Assembly (NCBI GenBank): GCA_951406725.2
Contig: OX597817.1
Span: 122,078,001 to 122,142,000 of the forward strand
Length of the DNA: 64,000 bases
Reading direction: 5' to 3'
Source of the DNA: Octopus vulgaris
Lineage: Eukaryota
The notes under the pieces were generated by a model. That model made no database searches. It was not told where the DNA came from and saw only the letters and a list, made by a program, of their open reading frames with translations. Below, in pieces: positions 55,035-64,000 of this stretch; positions within the stretch are counted from its first letter, which is position 1, and the number at the start of each line of letters is the position of its first letter. Made by a program: the position numbers and the translations under genes.

Positions 55035-55130
55035 GAGAGAGAGAAAGAAAAGGGGGAGAGAGAGAAAGGAAAGGGAGAGAGAGAGAAAGGAAAGGGAGAG
55101 AGAGAGAAAGGAAAGGGAGAGAGAGAAAGG
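55035..55130. repeat. 21-bp purine minisatellite (GAGAGAGAGAAAGGAAAGGGA)n
   Basis: About four units visible. Confidence 0.85.
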
Positions 55131-55214
55131 AGGAGAGAGAAGAGAGAATCAAGTCTGTTATATTGGATGTGTGCAAATATGCACATGTGTGTGTATGCTT
55201 GTGTATTCCTCCAA

Positions 55215-55360
55215 CACAAGGTTTCTGAGTTCAAATTCTACTGAGGTCAACTTTGCCGTTCATCCTTTACTACATACTAGTTAAACAGCGAGGTCAATGT
55301 TAGCGAGTAATCTCCCACTAAATTTGGAATATTATGCCAACATTTGAAACCTTAATTATT
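55215..55360 (+). mobile_element. Truncated family-M SINE
   Basis: CTGAGTTCAAATTCTACTGAGGTCAACTTTGCCGTTCATCCTTT. Confidence 0.7.
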
Positions 55361-57304
55361 GCCCTTGTAATTATTTAAATAGCCAAGGCTTTGTCCTAAA
55401 ACGCATCTTTTCTACTTCAACTTTTTCTTTTTGTTCTGTCTTCACAAGGAATTAAAGTTCGAAACATCAATATCTCGTCTTCTGCTGCACAGCGTATTAT
55501 ACTAACTACTTATTTGTATGTTATGCTTCTGTTGTGTTTTTATGTCTTTGCTACTTTTATTCATGCTGCACTGTATTTTTACCTCACTAACGCTGACCAA
55601 ATGCAAATTTACAGTAATCTTCTGGACGCATATTTTGAGTGGGTCCTTGTCACAAAGAAATAAATAGATAAAACCTACTTTACAGATAAGATGGCAATAC
55701 AATATGCTGAAGTATGATATTCTAGAAGGGAATGTTCCAACATATATTTAAAAAGTCATTAAAGGAAACAAATTACCCCTCGAATTTTCTCCACAAAGAC
55801 AATAAAAATAATGGTTTATGAAGGGTCACTGTAAACGTTTAGAGTTATTGATAAAACGATAGTAAGTGTGATGTGCCAATCTATTAACTATATGTTTCGA
55901 CTAAATAATATATTATATCTTTAATTATTCACAAACTGATTTAAGGATAAATGATCGGTGTCTTTACAAAAACGAAATGTTTCATTATAATTAGTGATAT
56001 TAAGTGATACTGTAGTGTGTAGTAAAATAACAGTTTTTAGAGACTTTTGTAAATTCGTCAATTTAGTATATTGTTTCTATCGGTGGTCAACGTTTTTCAT
56101 AAGATTGTCAGATAAGAAAGTTCAGCATCAATTCCATTTTATCGGGCCTCTAATAACGTTGGGGTGGGATGGGGAAGAGGGCGTATTTGTTCTCTGACCG
56201 GAGACGTTGTCTGAATACTTGTGACAGAATAAACTCCTTTTAGGCATACACATACCTTGTGGTTACATTAAACTAAGTGACTAGTTAAGCCCAACATCTA
56301 ACCAAGCAGATTTATTTTTAGGCTTACAGAGCTGCTTTACCACCTGATCAGACATCGACTCCTACATTCTGAGATGGAGTACAGCAGCATTCTCATCACA
56401 CGAGTGTTCATCTTAAATATAGAAAAAATTTAATGTTGTTTTACCGATCTATTAATTAAATAACCGACTTTTCATATTCAATAACCGAGGCAATGCTGTG
56501 TCCATTAGTAATATTCTTAACCAACTATCTACTAATTAAACAATGTTTTTCCATTAATCTACCTACCAGTACACCTACCTAGCTATAGATCTATCTCTAT
56601 CTATCTATCTATCTATCTATCTACTTGTCTGTCTGTCTAGCTAGCTATTTATTCATTTATCTGTCCTATTCTGTTCTATCCAGCTATCTGTAAATAGACA
56701 GCATGGAAAGATAAACATCGTTACTATAAACATTAAGGTAGCATTGTATAACTGCCGAGAGCTTCGTTTGAATCTAAATATGAACTCAGATTTAACCTCG
56801 GATATCACTTCTAACAGGTCTGTGTTTTAACAAAGTTAAAAGATACTCTGATCACATGATAACATCCTTAGCGTGCACAATGTCTTCGTGTACCAGTTTG
56901 TGCACCACAATAGATTATAAAGAGAGCATAGTGGAAAGGACAAAATAAATCATGACATGGAGAAGACGGAATGTCTTAAATTTAAAGTGTCTATCTGAAC
57001 GGATACCGTTTTTTCCCGGGAGATAAGCTCTAATCAAGTACATTTATGATCATAGGTGCTGCAGCCGTAACCATTTGGCTTTTGGGGGTGGTTTTCAAAG
57101 TTGATTCAGTTTATTTATATTTTTATTTGGGTGTAGGAGAAAAGAGTAGGTTGTGCTCTGAGGAAAGTTTGACTGCTATTTCTAGCAGATTAAATAAGTT
57201 TCTTTTTTTATCGTTGGTTACTTAAGATATTAGCCTAAGAAAAAAGTGCTAATGCAATGTTCTTGTAGTAGTATAATTTATATTAGATAATTCTCTATTG
57301 ATGG

Positions 57305-57495
57305 TGCAAGACCAAAAATTTTGAGGGAGGGGGATAGTCAACTACATTGACCCCAGTGCTCAACTGGTACTTTATTTTGTCGATCCCGAAGGGATAAGAG
57401 CTGAAATCAGCCTCAGCGGAATTTGAGAATAAAATGTAAAGCCGAAAGAAACGCTGCTAAGCATTTTGCCCGGCGTGATAGCAATTCTGCCAGTC
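57305..57495 (-). mobile_element. Family-M SINE
   Basis: GACCCCAGTGCTCAACTGGTACTT...GATCCCGAAGGGAT...GCTAAGCATTTTGCCCGGCGTG...TTCTGCCAG. Confidence 0.8.
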
Positions 57496-57535
57496 GGTTA
57501 TTTTATAATTTATTTCAGATAATAATCATTCCTAG

Positions 57536-57638
57536 AGTACTAGGCTTACAAAGAATAAGTCCTGGGGTCGATGTGCTTGACTAAAGGCGGTGCTCCAGCA
57601 TGGCCACAGTCAAATGACTGAAACAAGTAAAAGAGTAA
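57536..57638 (+). mobile_element. Tail-only (5'-truncated) SINE family B
   Basis: AGTACTAGGCTTACAAAGAATAAGTCCTGGGGTCG...GAAACAAGTAAAAGAGTAA. Confidence 0.85.
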
Positions 57639-58440
57639 TCTATGAGTTTTATTTAGTAAATTTGTTTGTTATTGGTTCTGCTAAACATAATTAACTTTCT
57701 AATTCATCTTACTAATTTCAGCACCAGTCAATGATTTTACGATTTTACAAATATTTCTATATAGTTAACTAAATACTATACACCCAGCAAGCAACTGTTA
57801 AAACTATACTTCCCATGATGACTTTAAAACAGACACTGTCGGAATATTTCCTCCCGCAATGTTGGATCAGAGAATAACATTAACTAACTTCTATGTGGTT
57901 ATTTCTTGATGTTGCAAATTGTGGAAATAACCAAACTTACTCTTTTATTCCATTGGTAACCAAGGCAGTTTCTTTTAAATGAAATATGAACTACTAAACG
58001 TAGTTTAGTATTTAGATGACAACAAAGTATTAATATGTTCCTATTAAAGTTAGAAATAGCATTAAGTGGAGTCTGAAAAGACAAAACATAAAACAGTCGA
58101 AATTAATTAATCATCAACAGAATGAATAATTGTGCTGTAGCTGGGAATCATCAAACAATTCTGGAATAGCTTCTTTTCTTTCTCATCGCATTTTTGTTTT
58201 ATCAGACACATTAATCATAACAACCAGTAGGAAACATAGGAATAAATTTCGGCTTGATATGTTTATGAGCATCAATACCTAAACAATATATGTGTGCGTG
58301 TGCATATATGTACGTATATGTATGTGTGTGAGAGTGTGTGTATGTGTGTATGTGTGTGTGTGGGTGTGTGTACTCATTGAAAAAAGACAGAGTTGATCTT
58401 TCTAATAATTCGAGAAATTTATGTGCATGCTTATGAATGA

Positions 58441-58509
<69 letters not shown>

Positions 58510-59150
58510 TATGTATGCATGCGTTCATGTGTGTGTGTGTGCTTGTATGTGTGCGATGTGCGAGTAAAAAGCGAAATTACATTCACAGAGCGCAATATGA
58601 ATGCAGTTTCATTTCTTGGGGAAACTCATACATTATTATATTTTGCAGTAGTTTCGTTAATATTGACAATTTCTTCTATCAAATTATGTTTGCTATATTA
58701 CATTTACATTATAGCTTGTATATTAAACTCGTAAATTCTGGTTTAAATATCATGTGCAATTATTGATTATTCAGACTTTCTAGCAGTTTAATTGAGATTG
58801 GAAAGGAAAGAAAAGACGTTAGCTTCGCTAATGACTGGATTACATACGAAATTGTTGTCAGCTACGTGCAGTGTAAGCAAATCGAAACATATATATAGTC
58901 TACAGTATATTATGGATAATGATGCAATTTTGGCGAAATATCATTAAGTAGACAAATAAATATCTTAATTATAAGAAAGAACAGAAGATGTTTGAAGCAA
59001 TCAATAAAAAGGATAATATCTAAATAGTTGTATCCCGAAAGAAATCACATTCCACCAAGAGACTGAGTGAATGTGAATGACAATCAAAATTATAGCTGGA
59101 CTCTGATAGCTCTATAGTATATGAAACCAAGTTTCAGATTCGTTTATATA

Positions 59151-59475
59151 GGCGCAGTAGTGGCTGTGTAGTAAAAAGCCTGCTTCCCAACAACATGGGT
59201 CCGGATTCAATCCCACTGCGTGGCACCTTGGACAAGTGTCTTCTGCTATAGCCTCAGGCCGACCAAAGCCTTTTAAGTAGATTTGGTAGACGGAAACTGA
59301 AAGAAGCCCGTCGTATATATATATGTGTGTGTGTGTATGTCTTTGTGTGTCTGTGTCTGTTTGTCGGCGCACCATCGCTTGACAACTGATGTTGGTGTGG
59401 TTACGTCCCCGTAACTTTGCGGTTCGGCAAAAGGGACTGATAGAATAGGTACCAAGCTTAGAGATAAATAAGTAC
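59151..59475 (+). mobile_element. SINE family B lacking the final tail
   Basis: GGCGCAGTAGTGGCTGTGTAG...GGTTCGGCAAAAGGGACTGATAGAATAGGTACC; another decayed 3' half lies at ~59870-60068. Confidence 0.88.
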
Positions 59476-60185
59476 TTGTGCCGAATGGGTAGACGAAATC
59501 ACTCAGAAGTTCCATTGGGTGCCATATACACACACAAATGAGATACAGACGTAGTCACACATGTAAATGTGTAAGTGCCATCTTGCGAACGAAGTCTCGA
59601 CTTTTACAGGCAACAGTAATCTACTAATTAGAAAGTGGATTACACTACACTCACATCAATATCAATTCCACAATGCGCGCGCGCACATACACACACACAC
59701 AAACAAACACAAACGCACACATTAAAATATATACATATAGAAGAATACGTATATGTATATATATCTATACTGTATGACATTATACATTAACACATACATA
59801 AATGCTTACATATGCTTGTGTGTGTTTATTTACATATATTTATATATGCGTATGTGCCTTTTGGGGATTCTGTCTACCCCCCCCCCCCCCAGCACAGCTT
59901 GGCAACTTTTGTTGGTCTCTTTCGTCCCTGTGAGTTAGTGATTCGAGAGAAGAGACTGATAAAATAAGTACCAGAGTTAAAAACTAAGTACATTTTCTTT
60001 TGTTTGTTTTTTTACTAATCTCTTCCAGATGTTTCCCCTGCATGGTGACAGTCTAATGACTGAAGCATAATGATGAGATTTATCATTGTTTGATTTCACT
60101 TTTTCAATATCAGTGTCAAATCGACACTGGAAAAAGTATATGTATTTGTGAAGGGATCTGACTTCTCATCGACAACCATGATTGT

Positions 60186-60230
60186 CACACGCTGATGAAA
60201 GGTAAACACCTTGAAACTCGGGTACGTGTG
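60186..60230 (+). ncRNA. Type I hammerhead ribozyme, apparently intact
   Basis: CACACG-CUGAUGA-AAGGU-aaac-ACCUU-GAAA-CUCGGG-UA-CGUGUG: perfect 6-bp stem I, full core, 5-bp stem II, near-palindromic short stem III, GUA cleavage triplet (predicted cut after 60224). Confidence 0.88.
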
Positions 60231-60280
60231 TATCATGTGTTGAAGACGGGGAGGATGACTCCCCTTCACAAATACTGACA

Positions 60281-60600
60281 GGACACAGATAGTGTGTCTA
60301 TAGCCAGCTGGAGGAGATATCTTCCTGGGGCTACAAACTACAGTAGCATCCACCCTTATGGGTCAGCCATATTCAAATGGCATATATGCATCACGATGTG
60401 TTACCGCTACTGTTTATAACTCGCTCTGAGATTTATCATTATATATATATATATATGCATAATTAAATCTCAGAATGAGATTGTCCAAGGGCACTGATAT
60501 TGTGTCTAAAGCCAGCTAGAGACGACGATCTCTTGGGGCTATAAAGCTACAGTAACACCCCCTCCCCAATGTGGTTAGCCATGATAAGATGGCTTCTATA
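60281..60600. repeat. Two diverged ~110-bp copies 208 bp apart
   Basis: GGrCACwGATAkTGTGTCTAwAGCCAGCT...TGGGGCTAyAAA.CTACAGTArCA...GGTyAGCCAT...ATGGC at 60281 and 60489. Confidence 0.8.
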
Positions 60601-60795
60601 CTTTACATAATATAAATATATATTAGATAAAACGAGATAGCAAAGCCAGAAGGAAAGAGATTTGGCGAACCTAAGTCGCAATGAAAATCAGTCTTATAAT
60701 AAATTTGGCTGTTATAAGTATTCAGCTCCCCATCAGTAAATGGTCTTCTATTATACATAAATTTCTTGTATATTATTGTTGTTGATGTTGTTACT

Positions 60796-60826
<31 letters not shown>

Positions 60827-61539
60827 TTCTTCTTCTTCTTCTTCTTCTTCTTCTTCTTCTTCTTTAATATTATTGCTTTTGTTGTTGTTATTGTTATTAT
60901 TAGTATTAAACAATCGTAGTCTGTGCATAATAATGTGAAAATCTAAATACATTTGTTCAAATAGAAGGAACATTAATACAATTTTTAATCGGATTGACAT
61001 AGTTAAAAATCTATGTCCAATTGAATTAACCGTTTAATACGTGTTTAAGCCATTATGAACAGAAAAGCGCTGGCTGCCAAGATTGCACATGATGCTAAGA
61101 TAACATAAAGGAAGCAAACTATTCTAGAAGCAAAGCAAATATTATAAGAGACACCACCCACTGACAGAAAATAAAACGTTCACAAACGTATTTGTATAAT
61201 GACATTCATTAAGAAATATTTCCTTTTTTGAACTTACATATTGGCAGGGCTTGGTTTAATGCGGTCACCAGGTTTGATGATTATATTTTGCGATCATAGG
61301 TTGTTGACCTAATCGATATATAATACTATATCAATCAGATTCTTTTGAACAAATGTCAAGAAAAAGTAATATTTGGGAATTATATATTAGCGACAGCTAA
61401 TATATAATATTGCTGAGAGATGATATATATCCCCACTTAAACCAGGATGTTCTGTTGGAACAAACTATACTGCGATAGTTACTATGAGAGAAACCCTCAT
61501 ATAGGCTACAAAATGCTTATATAGAACAAAATGATTATA

Positions 61540-61630
61540 TCGCTGGCGGTGAGATAAACCCCCAACTTGTCCAGCGCCGAGGACACCAGATCATGTGATT
61601 TCGGCCTTCCTTGGTTTCATCAATGATGGC
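61540..61630 (-). ncRNA. Degenerate hammerhead-like motif and flank
   Basis: Minus strand AUCA-uUGAUGA-aaCC-aaggaa-GGcc-GAAA-ucaca-UGAU; C3 is mutated. Confidence 0.4.
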
Positions 61631-62995
61631 CGCTCGACCACTAGAAATAGCAGCAACTCATTTCCCCGCCAATGATATATAAAAATCAGTGCCAGGACAG
61701 GTACTGGTACCGCGATTAGCTAGAGGATTTGTTAAGAAATATATATTAGTTTGTTCTTATAGAACATCCACCGTTAAGTGAGGATAAATATTTTCTCTTT
61801 GAGAATTATATACTGTATTGGTGTTTAAACTATCAATGTAAGTTCTGAGGAAGCATCCTTATTAAAATATATCAAAGTGCGCGGCTCAAAATAGAGATCT
61901 TTCTAAGTACTTTACATAACCAAGTATTTATATATATTTTACCTGAGAATATAAATCGGTAAATTTGAATTTGGAAAAATGGTAATGTCAGTGGTATTCA
62001 CCTTTGCTTGTACTGATATGTATTCACTTCACTCGGATACACAAATATGAGTTAAATATCGTTGATGCATCGTAATTTGAGATAAATCATATCCGAACAT
62101 AAAATGTGAGTAATTTTAAAGCAATTCATTGAACAAATTTTCATCTAATGATGTTATCCATAAATCCCTTCCATTTATCAATAATGAAAGAGCAGTATAA
62201 AATGTTCCAAAAGAGACGGATTATTTTGTAATGATGCTTTGTAATGATACACGCAATATACCATAGATTTATACATGCGTGTATATATGTGTGTGCTTGT
62301 ATTTATACACATGTTATGTTTTTCAATGCTTGTATATATATATATTTATATTTTGGAATGTCTCAATAATCGATAATACAATTCAATGATCTATTGATAA
62401 TAATGAAGCAACGTTGCGCTTGACCACTCTGTTGACCTTTATATGTCGATTTGCCAGATTTTTCTTCAAACGTAAATGCACACCTATTCATATCTGTTAC
62501 TAACAGCTTACATCGTTAAAAGTATAAAGTATGTCTTATGAAAAATAGCTGATTATCTGACTTGCCAAAATCGATGCTACTACTAGTTCTGTTAGTACCA
62601 AGCGTAGAACTGATATTCCACCTACATTTCCAATGGAGATAAAACAAAAGTCACAAGACATATAATACTGTGAGCGATAATTGATATAATACAGATTTTA
62701 AATGAGTTATTATATGGATTCGCGTTGATGTACTAATTCAGCATACAAATGAAAGATACATATTATTGATAATGTCACATCAATGTAGACTGAGTCTTTG
62801 GATACGATTGGAATCAATGTGCCACAACGTAGACTTTTTCGAAAACAACAATAATAACTTAACTGCAAACATTTTTGGACTGAGAAAACATGATGTACCC
62901 TACATGACAAAAATATTAGTTTATTCCAAATAGAATTTCTGAGGAAATAAGTTTAAGCGTAAAAAGAATAATTTCCTGCACAAATTCGTGTATTT

Positions 62996-63027
<32 letters not shown>

Positions 63028-63034
63028 TATATAA

Positions 63035-63098
<64 letters not shown>

Positions 63099-63192
63099 AC
63101 GTACGTACGTACGTACATACATACATACATACATACATACATACATACATACATACATACATACATACATACATACATACATACATTATACA

Positions 63193-63398
63193 TGTGACCG
63201 CGTGTGTATCGTTGACGATTTTTTCCTCTGTCTTCCCTTTCTTAGACTTTTTCTTTGTCTATGTTTCTGACGAAGAGCTCCGCTCGAAACGTTAGATCCT
63301 TCTTTCTTTCCTTCCTTGAGCGTCCAATAACACTATACTTGTTCCACGTCCTCGCTTTGCTGTGTTTTCTCTTTGTGTTTTCATGTTTGGATTAACTT
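63193..63398 (+). mobile_element. Solo PLE pLTR with HHR-like motif between (TACA)n and (TA)n
   Basis: GUUU-CUGACGA-A-GAGC-UCC-GCUC-GAAA-CGUU-AGAU at 63263-63297; homologous to 37711-37917. Confidence 0.82.
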
Positions 63399-63897
63399 TA
63401 TATATATAATACAAACCAGAAGGAAAATAAGCAAAAATAGCTATAATTAAATAAACAGTGTGGTAATTCTTTTAGCAGCCACGCTAACGTTAGATAATAA
63501 GACAGGATGTCTAAGTAAACGAAATTTGCATTGTACCCTGAAAGACCACAAGGAAAACTTTTTTGATATACTTCAAATTTTGTCTGACAGACTGACAGAT
63601 ACTGCGAAGAGAACTTAGTGTAGTTAGAAGGACAATCTCAGCAACATCAACGGCTGTATTATAAAAGAAAACCCTGTGATTATAGAATAACGACAATATT
63701 GGAGTTAACTGCATTTATAATACCGAAACAAGAATAATTGTTAAGTCACTTTGCTCTTCTATTTACAGACTCTCTTTACCAACTCTTGAATCTAACATGA
63801 AACACTAGACCATTAATGTTAACAATAGCAAGCAATAAATTTTCTGCTTTGTCAATGACAGATCTACATTTGCGAAAAACAAGTCATTGATGTTAGA

Positions 63898-63950
<53 letters not shown>

Positions 63951-64000
63951 TACACACAACTCACGCACATGTATGTATATGTATGCGGTGGTTTTATATA

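Noticed and set aside
56480-56512. Helitron-like 3' end
   Set aside because: The hairpin and CTAG terminus are too degenerate to support.

Overview
AT-rich eukaryotic non-coding DNA, dense in microsatellites. The SINE families and the (TA)n/(TACA)n/(TAT)n load strongly suggest an octopus/coleoid cephalopod genome (inference). No host protein-coding gene can be supported; nearly all ORFs in the track are translated microsatellites or short random frames. The window is a retroelement graveyard: three to four tRNA-derived SINE families in many copies, decayed Penelope-like element (PLE) RT and GIY-YIG fragments, RTE/Expander and R4/Dong-type LINE ends, a mariner MITE and a 5S rRNA pseudogene. 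The most interesting signal is RNA-level: about ten hammerhead-ribozyme (HHR)-like motifs. These include an apparently intact type I HHR in a long hairpin at 60.1-60.3 kb, a TSD-flanked composite at 10.0-10.6 kb (tRNA-like head + (AAT)n + HHR tail, plus an inverted second HHR arm), and a Neptune-type PLE family with a recurrent non-canonical core (CUGUNGA). A SINE and its probable partner RTE LINE share a 3' end, and SINE heads and tails occur in shuffled combinations. All alignments and foldings were done by eye; family names are recalled, not searched.
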